DNA from: Spirochaetota bacterium
GTDB taxonomy: Bacteria; Spirochaetota; UBA4802; JAFGDQ01
Length of the DNA stretch: 64,000 nt
Reading direction: 5' to 3'
Assembly: GCA_043803405.1 (NCBI GenBank)
Contig: JAZDKB010000044.1
Location: 1-64,000, forward strand
A model generated the notes under the pieces. The model worked only from the letters and a program-made list of their open reading frames with translations. It had not been told where the DNA came from and ran no database searches. Below are positions 30,502 through 39,286 of the stretch, piece after piece (within the stretch, counting starts at the first letter, position 1; the number at the start of each line of letters is the position of its first letter). Both the position numbers and the translations under genes were made by a program.

Positions 30502-30732
30502 ATGCAGATAGCAAAACTTTTTCAAAATGGCCGGAGTCAGGCCGTCAGGCTTCCAAAAGAATTTAAATTCAATGGTGATGAAGTCTATATTCAAAAACAC
30601 GGAGAAGCTGTAATCCTCATTCCGCACAAAAAAGCCTGGAAAGTTTTTCTTGAAGGTCTTAACGGATTCTCCGACGATTTTATGGAGAAAGGGAGAGATC
30701 AGGGTAAAGATCAAGAGCGGGAAAAATTTTAA
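30502..30732 (+). CDS. vapB: VapB antitoxin (AbrB fold)
   Basis: AKLFQNGRSQAVRLPKEF. Confidence 0.92.
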   Translation: MQIAKLFQNGRSQAVRLPKEFKFNGDEVYIQKHGEAVILIPHKKAWKVFLEGLNGFSDDFMEKGRDQGKDQEREKF

Positions 30733-31136
30733 TGTACTTGTTAGATACAAATATCTGTATTTATGCGATTAATAAGAAACCAGAGCTGATACTGAATAGA
30801 ATAAAAAAGGAAATTCATAAGGGTATTTTTATTTCAGCGTTGACGATAGCTGAACTTGAGTATGGCGTTGAAAACAGCTCTAGAATCGAAGAAAATCGGG
30901 TTGCATTATTAAAGTTTCTTTCCATTTTTAATATTCTGGCTTTTGATGATTTAGACCCCATTGCTTATGGCAAATTGAAATCAAAGTTAAAAAGAACAGG
31001 CAATATAATTGGCCCCATTGATATGCTACTTGCGGCGCAGGCTATTAGCAGAGGTTTAATTCTGGTAACAAATAATACCAAAGAATTTAGTCGAATAGAA
31101 GGTCTAAAAATAGAAGATTGGACACTGCCATTATAG
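30732..31136 (+). CDS. vapC: VapC PIN-domain toxin
   Basis: YLLDTNICI...EL.YG...GPIDMLLAAQA...LVTNNTKEF. Confidence 0.92.
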   Translation: MYLLDTNICIYAINKKPELILNRIKKEIHKGIFISALTIAELEYGVENSSRIEENRVALLKFLSIFNILAFDDLDPIAYGKLKSKLKRTGNIIGPIDMLLAAQAISRGLILVTNNTKEFSRIEGLKIEDWTLPL

Positions 31137-31469
31137 CAAAGAAAAAATATTGGATAATGATGTTAAAAATCAAGTATTAAATAAAATTTACTAATTTATA
31201 ACTCACAGATCTATGGCAGAAGCTTTCTGCTAAAAATGCACACGCAGCCATCTGCACGAAAAAGCAAAGATATTCATAGTCGCACAGACGCGCGTGTACA
31301 GCACAGGCTGCAGCGCGCTAGCAGCAGCACGCGCATACTGAACAGCACGCGCGTTCGGGCGCGGGGTGCTCAAGAGACGCACGAGAGGGCAGGGGTTTAA
31401 TCAAATAATTCTTATTTATGATAAAATCAATAAAGAACGTAAAAGCTTATATTACTTTTAAAATTCAAT

Positions 31470-31625
31470 CTATGAACAAGATGATTTTTTATTTTCACAT
31501 CGTTTCGTATCAATAATGCATTTTCTGTATTCCGGTGCGTTTTTCTTTGCACCTGTAATCAGTTTTGCTCCATGCTTTTTTAAAAAGCGCTCAATAGTTT
31601 TAACATCTGCTTTTCTATTTGCCAT
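31470..31625 (-). CDS. Small basic protein, possible TA partner
   Basis: 51-aa ORF MANRKADVKTIERFLKKHGAK... overlapping the end of 31615-31926. Confidence 0.4.
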   Translation of the reverse strand: MANRKADVKTIERFLKKHGAKLITGAKKNAPEYRKCIIDTKRCENKKSSCS

Positions 31626-31926
31626 AAAGAAATCTCCAAATAATTGCTTTATAATTTGTCTTAAAATCTTCGATAGCCATGTTTAAGCCCGAAGATAAGT
31701 CTACCAGAGGGTAGAGAATCTGTCTTTTTTTATTTCCTTTTGTATTATAAATATCCTTATGAACCGAATTATGAAAACAATCATATCTTTCAATCTCATA
31801 CCATGAATTTTTATAAAAATATAATAACTTGATAACAAAATTAATCACTTCGCCGTTTTCGGTTTCGAAAAATATAATAATTTTAGTAATGTCATCAATA
31901 AATATTTCATATATTTTTTCCGGCAT
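31615..31926 (-). CDS. Small protein resembling putative TA toxins with an RYD..H...H motif
   Basis: WYEIERYDCFHNSVHKD. Confidence 0.55.
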   Translation of the reverse strand: MPEKIYEIFIDDITKIIIFFETENGEVINFVIKLLYFYKNSWYEIERYDCFHNSVHKDIYNTKGNKKRQILYPLVDLSSGLNMAIEDFKTNYKAIIWRFLYGK

Positions 31927-32194
31927 ATTTCAAATGTAACAATTTTTATCTTTGTGTCAATTTATAATTAAAAAATTGTAGAATAAATAAGCAAAGATCA
32001 TTTAATAGCCTAAGGTTTAAATCGTAAACTATTTATTCGCTGCAGCAAATACAATCTTGCTCATGATAATGCACAGACATATATGTCTGTAAAATACACT
32101 GGAACAGCACAGACTGCTTAACAGCACGTATGCCCAGGGGTGCTGATAGCTGAGAGACGTTCGGAACAGCAGGGGCGAGGGGAGGGCTGCGATG

Positions 32195-32767
32195 TTATTG
32201 TTTATTCAGCTCCATTATCCTGCAGTGCACTCTTATAATATTTTCTTTTAAATTATAACTGAAGCAACTTCCCTGACCATAACTATATTTGATTATCTGA
32301 ATTTTTCCTGTAAATTTTGAGCCTGCCGGACTTTGCAAATAAATCTTTTCAAATTTCTCATCAGTCAGATCATCATCGGATATTCCGACAAGTTTCTTAC
32401 TTTTAGTATGGAATTGATAAATTACCACAGGTGCTAATTCCTCTGCTTTCTCATTAGTTGTTTTACTCGTAATATTACTGGACTGTTTGCATGATGATAA
32501 AAATTCATTATTTTTATATATATTATCTTTAACAAGTTTGCATAAATTGCTGGTGCTTAACACCTTGCCTGGTCTGATTTCTTTATTCAATATACCGAAT
32601 GCTTCGTTTCTGAGCTTTTCAGCGCAAATTCCGCAACCTTCACTAACGCTATCTGTAAGACGGCTGGTTGCTTCTTCAGGAAGTATAATCAAATCATAAG
32701 CGTCTTTACTTTCACCGGCTAACGAACCGCCGAGTATTAAAACAATAAGAATAATTTTATATTTCAT
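32195..32767 (-). CDS. Hypothetical secreted protein
   Basis: Signal peptide, CGIC motif, AAGGAG RBS. Confidence 0.65.
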   Translation of the reverse strand: MKYKIILIVLILGGSLAGESKDAYDLIILPEEATSRLTDSVSEGCGICAEKLRNEAFGILNKEIRPGKVLSTSNLCKLVKDNIYKNNEFLSSCKQSSNITSKTTNEKAEELAPVVIYQFHTKSKKLVGISDDDLTDEKFEKIYLQSPAGSKFTGKIQIIKYSYGQGSCFSYNLKENIIRVHCRIMELNKQ

Positions 32768-32786
32768 GATAGCTCCTTAATTCTTA

Positions 32787-33575
32787 TTAATTTGTATAAT
32801 ATCCGGAAATAAATTTTTTCAAATTATTTTCATATATATTTTTGGATTTATAATAACCCGCGTTATGAGAGCCGCTAATCTCACAGAATTCCTTTGGTTC
32901 ATTTGCCAATTCAAAAAGCCTTACGCCCTGATGGAAAGGGATCAGCTCATCATCCCTGCTGTGAATAATAAGCACAGGGCATTTTACTTTCTTTAAATAC
33001 TCTGCTGTGTTGTATTTATATGTGAGAATGATCAGCGCAGGAGTACACGAGCAGTTGTGTTTTGCAGCATCCTTCATGCTGGTAAACGACGATTCAACGA
33101 TCAGCATCCGCGGTTCACGCTTCATCGCGAGCCACGCTGCAATTGATCCGCCTAATGATCTTCCATGTATAATGATATTCTTCGGCGGAATTTTCCTTGT
33201 ATTTACAACATAATTCCATGCCGCTTCAGCATCGAGATATGTCCCCTGCTCGGATGGAGATCCTTTGTTCATTCCATAACCCCGATAATCGAATACAAGA
33301 ATATTGTATCCAAGCTTGTTATACATTTTAATTATATCGAGAAGATGCGAAACGTTTCCTCCATTTCCATGGCAGTAAAGTATAACCGGCTTCCTGACAG
33401 ATGGAATCCACCATCCGGAAAGAATTATATTATCTACTGTTTTAAATTCCACCTGCTCATAATGCAGTTCGACATTCTTTGGAGTATATCTCACTTCTTT
33501 TTCCGGGAAGAATATAAAAGTCGACTGGCATGAACTTAGCAGGGAAATGACTAATAATATAATTATTTTTTTCAT
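32787..33575 (-). CDS. Alpha/beta hydrolase lipoprotein
   Basis: Lipobox LSSC; HGNGG, DYRGYG, GRSLG, HSRDD and GSHN motifs. Confidence 0.9.
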   Translation of the reverse strand: MKKIIILLVISLLSSCQSTFIFFPEKEVRYTPKNVELHYEQVEFKTVDNIILSGWWIPSVRKPVILYCHGNGGNVSHLLDIIKMYNKLGYNILVFDYRGYGMNKGSPSEQGTYLDAEAAWNYVVNTRKIPPKNIIIHGRSLGGSIAAWLAMKREPRMLIVESSFTSMKDAAKHNCSCTPALIILTYKYNTAEYLKKVKCPVLIIHSRDDELIPFHQGVRLFELANEPKEFCEISGSHNAGYYKSKNIYENNLKKFISGYYTN

Positions 33576-33659
33576 GGATTAATCATCTGTTTTTACTAAG
33601 TACAGTCCTACACAAGATAAGGGGCAAAATAAATATAATTAATCAAATTCGCTTTTTTA

Positions 33660-34014
33660 ACTCATCCCCCTAACCCCCAGGGATGCCTCATGCTAAATAT
33701 CTGTTATTATTATTTGCTTTTGGCAATCATACTTGCATACCATCTCAATTGCTCTTTCAGCCCCCTAACCCCCTTAAGGGGGCACATTCGGGAAAATATT
33801 TATATTATATCTTATATCTTTAATCAGATGTATTATCTTATCTGATATTTCACTCTTAATTCGTTGCTTTAAACCTTTTTAGCACTAAAAAAATATTGTC
33901 AAATCAACCCCTTTCCAATTATGCCCCCTTCAGGGGGTTAGGGGGCCGGGAGCATATCCAATTTACAACTAAAAAATTTAGCGTGAGGCATCCCTGGGGG
34001 TTAGGGGGGTGAGT
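33660..34014. mobile_element. MITE-like fold-back element
   Basis: 39-bp inverted ends (37/39) containing AGGGATGCCTCA(T/C)GCTAAA; internal inverted palindromes at about 33760 and 33922. Confidence 0.75.
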
Positions 34015-34114
34015 CTAAAAGAAATGTTGTAATAAATAACACCCCCTAACTTGTGTGGCGCTGTACTAAGAACATATTTCACTATGACTTTACAAGGAGA
34101 TACGACCAATCATT

Positions 34115-36040
34115 TTAAAAGAACAAATTAAAATTTATTTTAAATTCGTATTGATGAAAATTATTCTCCAGATGCTTATCAAATATATCCTTTCTGGAGG
34201 CGTCTGCAACTATGGCCGTATTTGTGCTGAAGCTGAATCCCTCTCTAAGAGTAAACGAAAGCTCATTCCTTGTTTCGCCTAAACCGTAATACAAATTCCT
34301 TATTATCAGGTTGCTGTTCCAGAAGCCTGTAACTTTTGATATTAAACCGGTTGAAGCGCCAATTCCTGCCGCGTAATTATCATTTAGGTCTTTGGCAACG
34401 TTTATCTCATAATCAGCCATAACAAAAAATATTCCCGGAAAACCCTTATAAGATAAACCTGCTCCTCCATTAAGTTCATATACAAGCTGTTCCTTGCCGT
34501 CAAGCAATAGTTTTCTGGATAATCCTGTATCAACTTTCCATGAAATTGATCTTATAAAATTATCTCTTGGCGACAGGGAGATAATGTTGATCACATCAAC
34601 TTTGTTCAGCTCTAATTTCCTGTCGCATGAATAATAGCGGAGCCCTATGTCTCCGAATACTATCTGGCCGCCTTCAATATAGCCGTCATCAAGGTCAATC
34701 AGTGTGTGATAGGCGAAGCGGTAAAGTATCTCCTGAAACAGATTGCCGTCTCTGTAGCCGGCTCCAATGCTGGCTCTGTTAGACAAATGGCCTTCATCCG
34801 GTCTGGGAGGAATCGGTATCTTGTAATCCTTTTCTCCCTGGCTGCCAAGTCGGCTTCTGACATTAAGTGTTTTCATAAGGAGAGTTGAATAGCTGTCCTT
34901 TGTTATGTCTTCCTTCGTGTATTTATACTGCACATATTCAGCGACAAGATCGCATATTACTATCTTTTCTTCGTTTGTGATATCTTTTTTTAATATAATA
35001 TCAGGCTCTTCGGAGCCGTTTATTACTGAAAGAGCCAGCTTCTGATTTTTACTGTTAAGCAATGATGTTAAATGTTTTATTGTAGCAGATTTTGACGGCC
35101 TGTATGCGGCAGATTCAACCATCTGCTTCTTTTTCATTTCTCTGATCGTATCGATCGGGATTACCCAATTGATGAAGTTGGAATAAAATCTGTCAGACAG
35201 TGCGGGCGTAGGCCGTGCTGCGTCAAAGAGGAACAGAATACTGTATGAGCAGTTCTCATCAAAAAAATAATAATTGGAATATATATTATTCAGCTCAACG
35301 ACGTGCAATATCATTTTTATGATCTCATCCTCTTTGAGATTTAGCTGGTATTCCCAGATGTCCCTGTGATCAAAATCCCTGTATTCCTGGACTTTCGCGT
35401 AATATGGCAGTATGGAAAAATAACCCGGATAAAATCCGAAAAGACCCTTTAAAGCATAGAGCGGACTGAATGTCTCGTTTGTAATTGCGGAATAATTCAC
35501 CGAATATGAAAGCAGTTTGCTCCTGTTCTCTGTTTCAATGTTTATAAAAGTGTGTCCATACATTGAGGACGGATTGTTAATATGCGAAGTCGGGAATATT
35601 ATCTGTGCACTTTTTGGCTTGATCATTTTGATAATATCTTCAGCATACTTGCATCCTGAATAAGGCAGTTTCGAAGTATCAATTGCGAGCTTTTCTTTTA
35701 ACCATGTATAACGCGCAATAAACTTGCATATAGCGTTATCTTCTTCTTTATCCTTTTTTTGAAAAAATCCCCGGATAGTAGCTTCCATCTCGGATTTCGG
35801 ATTGCGCTTTCCATCAGAGGCAAGGAAAAATTTCGGGTCGTCGATAAGGCTTTTCACGCTGAAAAAAGTCTTTTTATAATGAAGAAGAATATACCAGTAA
35901 GGATCCTGATATAATTTATTTTTATTTGCCTGCCCTATAAGCTGTTCCATATAGGAGCCATCCCGGGCATTAAGAACAGATGAAAATAAAATGATAATAA
36001 GTAATATAATTTTAATGAATAAGTAATGAGATCTTGGCAA
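34115..36040 (-). CDS. DUF4105 (Lnb N-terminal-like) protein with a C-terminal beta-barrel
   Basis: PSSMYGHTF, RDIWEY.L and YYFFDENCSY motifs; terminal Phe. Confidence 0.8.
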   Translation of the reverse strand: MPRSHYLFIKIILLIIILFSSVLNARDGSYMEQLIGQANKNKLYQDPYWYILLHYKKTFFSVKSLIDDPKFFLASDGKRNPKSEMEATIRGFFQKKDKEEDNAICKFIARYTWLKEKLAIDTSKLPYSGCKYAEDIIKMIKPKSAQIIFPTSHINNPSSMYGHTFINIETENRSKLLSYSVNYSAITNETFSPLYALKGLFGFYPGYFSILPYYAKVQEYRDFDHRDIWEYQLNLKEDEIIKMILHVVELNNIYSNYYFFDENCSYSILFLFDAARPTPALSDRFYSNFINWVIPIDTIREMKKKQMVESAAYRPSKSATIKHLTSLLNSKNQKLALSVINGSEEPDIILKKDITNEEKIVICDLVAEYVQYKYTKEDITKDSYSTLLMKTLNVRSRLGSQGEKDYKIPIPPRPDEGHLSNRASIGAGYRDGNLFQEILYRFAYHTLIDLDDGYIEGGQIVFGDIGLRYYSCDRKLELNKVDVINIISLSPRDNFIRSISWKVDTGLSRKLLLDGKEQLVYELNGGAGLSYKGFPGIFFVMADYEINVAKDLNDNYAAGIGASTGLISKVTGFWNSNLIIRNLYYGLGETRNELSFTLREGFSFSTNTAIVADASRKDIFDKHLENNFHQYEFKINFNLFF

Positions 36041-36141
36041 TTTATTTTTATTTGGAAATATATTTTGTATTTAAAAAATAAAAAAGGGGATACAGGTTTT
36101 ATTATAATTCCATATCCCCTTAGTATTTCCATCCATTATAA

Positions 36142-36606
36142 TTAGCTGGATTTCAATACTGATTCGATATTGTTTAAAACATCGTTGTGATTTACTTTTT
36201 CAGATGTGAATATTTTTGAGAAATTTGACTGAAGTTTTGAATAGAAGGTCGATCTTTCAGTTTCTTTAACCTGCATTAGAACTGCGAATGTGTTCAAATA
36301 CTCTCCATTGCCTTTAGCAACATCCTTTGCAAGGTTGTCCATATTGTCTGCAACGAACTTGTTGATCTGTTCGTTTGACGCAATAGAATTCCATGCCTTG
36401 CAGTTTGATGTCCCAGTAGTAATCGCGGAGATTTGGCCGGATGTTCCGTTTAATGTTGCAGCGCATGTCTGTGAAAGCAATCCTTCCTTTCCCTGGAAGA
36501 CTATTGAACCGAGACCGCATCCGTAATTGCTTTGGTCAGCGTAAAGAGTTGCGCCAAAAGCAATTACAGCTGCGATTGCAACTAAAACAACTAAAAATCT
36601 CTTCAT
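36142..36606 (-). CDS. DUF3015 family protein
   Basis: GCGLGS, ITTGTSNC and D.AKGNGEYL motifs. Confidence 0.85.
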   Translation of the reverse strand: MKRFLVVLVAIAAVIAFGATLYADQSNYGCGLGSIVFQGKEGLLSQTCAATLNGTSGQISAITTGTSNCKAWNSIASNEQINKFVADNMDNLAKDVAKGNGEYLNTFAVLMQVKETERSTFYSKLQSNFSKIFTSEKVNHNDVLNNIESVLKSS

Positions 36607-36911
36607 ATTTTAACTCCTTGAAATTAAGATATAAATTTATAGCGTAAACTAATTATATTTGCGCTATAGATTTCTGTGTTATGTATAAAAAACGGTGTTT
36701 TATTAATAATTACACTGCGGAAATGGAGTTCTTTAGCATAGATGGGAAACAATTCTTAGTTAAATATGCTCAAAAACATACTATAATTTTTCAGATTTGT
36801 CAAGTAGATTATTATAACCAGGAATCAAGCAGATACATGGTAGCATTAATATTCGTAGTTGGCAAACTACCGGCAGCTGCCGTATAAAGATGTGAGAAAC
36901 TCAAGGGTAGC

Positions 36912-36941
36912 TAGAACAAGGGGTTGCAACCCCTTGTTCTA
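36912..36941. repeat. REP-like palindrome
   Basis: TAGAACAAGGGGTTGCAACCCCTTGTTCTA. Confidence 0.7.
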
Positions 36942-37030
36942 TGTAATCAGCACCCTCTTCCCTTAATATATAATACATTTGTAACAAGTTTCTCAGAAGT
37001 CAGCAAATTTTGTTGACCATACTGTAGAAT

Positions 37031-37594
37031 CTATTTCTCAACACGCTTAATCATCTTTATCTGCTTTGCCGGAACGGAGATAGTGCCGTTTGCAGTATTA
37101 AGTATGTAGGCCTTGCCCCGTGATTTGATGCTTCCGTAGTATTTTTTTCCGCTGTATAAAATAATCTCGTATACGGGAGCTTTTACCTGTTCTTTGGCAG
37201 GTTCTATTTTTTTATCCTGAAGTTCAGTTAAAGGATTATTCTCTTCAGTTATAGAATCGACAGTTTCTTCAACTATAACAGGTATATCCGGCGCTGTATA
37301 TTGCTTTACAATAACATAAATGCCGCCTGCGGCAGCGCCCGTTGTGAGCACAGTAGCTGTAATAGCCGCGGCATTGGCAAATGAGACAGCAAACTTAAGT
37401 CCAATTTTTCTGAGCCTGAAAATAATAAAAAGCAATAAGCTGAACCAGATTGAATAAGCGCCGACTTTTTTTAAAGTAGCCCTTAATACTCTGGCGCGCG
37501 ATTTCAGCATCATTTTCCGCGCGGGCTCAGGTATTGGGTTAACAAACTTAAATTTCTCAAAAAGCTTTTCCAGACGGGCAGTTTCTGTTGTCAT
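37031..37594 (-). CDS. Putative membrane anti-sigma factor
   Basis: ATGA overlap with the ECF sigma stop; hydrophobic segments, linker and small C-terminal beta domain. Confidence 0.65.
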   Translation of the reverse strand: MTTETARLEKLFEKFKFVNPIPEPARKMMLKSRARVLRATLKKVGAYSIWFSLLLFIIFRLRKIGLKFAVSFANAAAITATVLTTGAAAGGIYVIVKQYTAPDIPVIVEETVDSITEENNPLTELQDKKIEPAKEQVKAPVYEIILYSGKKYYGSIKSRGKAYILNTANGTISVPAKQIKMIKRVEK

Positions 37595-38112
37595 AATATA
37601 TCCTCAATATGAGCAATGCCCTTTTCCTTCAGAAGCGATGTAATTCCGGAAGCAAGCTTTGTATACTTGTACTCGACTTTTCTTTTAGTCAGTCCCATTA
37701 TGTCAGCGGTCTCGGAATAACTGTATTTATGGAATGCAATTAATTCGAACATGTTTTTTTCTTCCTCATTGGATAAGACTTTGTCCAGCACTTCGCCTAT
37801 TATGATCCTTGTATCGCGAAAGCCGTTAACAAAGCTGAGAGCCGCGTCTTCCATAAAGTTTTCTATATTTTCATTACCGGAGTATTTCTCCTTATAATAT
37901 TTTAACACAAAATTTTTTAATGTCCCGTAAAGCCAGGCTCGTATGTTCTTTATCTCATCAAGATGATTATAAAGCGCAATGAAAACTTCCTGGCAAATAT
38001 CTTCAGTATCGTGCTCGGAGCTTATCTTAGTATAAACGGCATTAAACACCATCGGATAATAATCGACAAACAGTTTGGAAAAGACATTGCGCTTCCCGGA
38101 TTTGCTCGACAT
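37591..38112 (-). CDS. ECF (sigma-70 group 4) sigma factor
   Basis: EDICQEVFI...AWLYG (region 2) and YSYSETADIMG (region 4). Confidence 0.9.
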   Translation of the reverse strand: MSSKSGKRNVFSKLFVDYYPMVFNAVYTKISSEHDTEDICQEVFIALYNHLDEIKNIRAWLYGTLKNFVLKYYKEKYSGNENIENFMEDAALSFVNGFRDTRIIIGEVLDKVLSNEEEKNMFELIAFHKYSYSETADIMGLTKRKVEYKYTKLASGITSLLKEKGIAHIEDIL

Positions 38113-38138
38113 GTGAACTACAGCCTTCTTATTAATTA

Positions 38139-38165
38139 AGTTCCCGATTTGTTAAAATCGTCTCA
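38139..38165 (-). promoter_or_regulatory. Putative ECF promoter motif, copy 8 (autoregulatory position)
   Basis: TGAGACGATT-TTAACAAATCGG-GAACT, 26 nt upstream of the sigma ATG. Confidence 0.7.
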
Positions 38166-38453
38166 AAGTATTTTTTGTTTTTAAAAAAAATAAGTAAAAT
38201 AATGTTATGTGCGACTTTTGTCTGGAGTTGATCTTTAAATAGGGATTTTATCCGCTAGAAAAGTCGCATATTTGTGTTAAATTAGTGATTTTATAGGCTA
38301 GGATGGGAAGAAAGTCTATTATATTTTTTTGAACCGGATATAATTTTTAAATTTGTTGCGCATTTGCCGTGACTTAATTTTTATATTATATCTGCTGCGT
38401 GCTGCTTTTTTTAATGTAATATTGCGCTTGTTTTTAGCAAGACATCGCTCTTT

Positions 38454-38885
38454 TTATGCAATTGCCTGCTTTACAGAATCGGTTTTTAACGGGGCGGTTT
38501 TATCGGAAACATCTTCATAAGTTTTTATCATTTCGCAGCTTCCTTCAAAAATTACTCCGTCCGCAATCTTTAACTTGGCAGTTCTTATATTGCCGTATAC
38601 TTTTCCGTTCGGAAGTATTTCCAGTTTTTCCCGTGCTTCAATGTTGCCGAAAACGGTACCGCTGATTATAACGACATTTGCTTTAATGTTTGCTTTTACT
38701 GCTGCGCCTTCACCTATAACAAGAAATCCGCCGGAAGATATTTCTCCTTCGAAGTTGCCGTTGATCTGGAGCGATTTTTTAAAAGTCAGATCCCCGAAGA
38801 ACTGGGTTTCCTTGCCGAAAACCGTAGCTATCATTCCGATCTCGTAAACCGGATTTTTATTAATCTGAATTATTTTCCTGGCCAT
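38454..38885 (-). CDS. Bactofilin (polymer-forming cytoskeletal protein)
   Basis: GDLTF...INGNFEGEI...IGEGA.V.A.I...G..FEGSCEM. Confidence 0.9.
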   Translation of the reverse strand: MARKIIQINKNPVYEIGMIATVFGKETQFFGDLTFKKSLQINGNFEGEISSGGFLVIGEGAAVKANIKANVVIISGTVFGNIEAREKLEILPNGKVYGNIRTAKLKIADGVIFEGSCEMIKTYEDVSDKTAPLKTDSVKQAIA

Positions 38886-38967
38886 TATTTTCTTTCACTT
38901 ATTGTTGATAATAATTTTTAAGGTTATATGCGGTTTTTCACTACAAAGAAAAATCCGCACTTTGTGT

Positions 38968-39189
38968 TTATTTTGTTTTCATCGTAACTACACCGTCCCA
39001 GTCAGCGGGCGGAGGATTCAGTTTAAAAGCTTTCGCTCTCCCAATATACACTGTGGACGGGCCGTCTTCCGGGTCTATTGCTAAAGCGTGCTCAAAAGCT
39101 CTGATGGATTCATCCCATTTTTGCTGTTTGTAGGCAGTAAGTCCAAGATTATAATATTTGAGCACTTCTTCTTTTTCCTTGGTAATCAT
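38968..39189 (-). CDS. Small TPR protein
   Basis: TPR helix pattern and PP.DWDGV..M.TK tail. Confidence 0.75.
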   Translation of the reverse strand: MITKEKEEVLKYYNLGLTAYKQQKWDESIRAFEHALAIDPEDGPSTVYIGRAKAFKLNPPPADWDGVVTMKTK

Positions 39190-39286
39190 AATGCCTCCCT
39201 GAAATCAGGAATATTGATCTGAATATTATATCCCATTAGTAAAGATGCATGTCGAGTTAAAAATATTTATTTTTATTATACAGTTC

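Larger units (their letters stand above)
29481..32175 (+). repeat. Four copies of a CAGCAC-rich intergenic repeat (about 29481-29630, 30130-30228, 31251-31404, 32071-32175)
   Basis: Shared ACAGCACAG(G/A)CTGC...AACAGCAC...GAGACG...GCAGGGG; 69 bp identical at 30130-30198 and 31251-31319. Confidence 0.85.
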
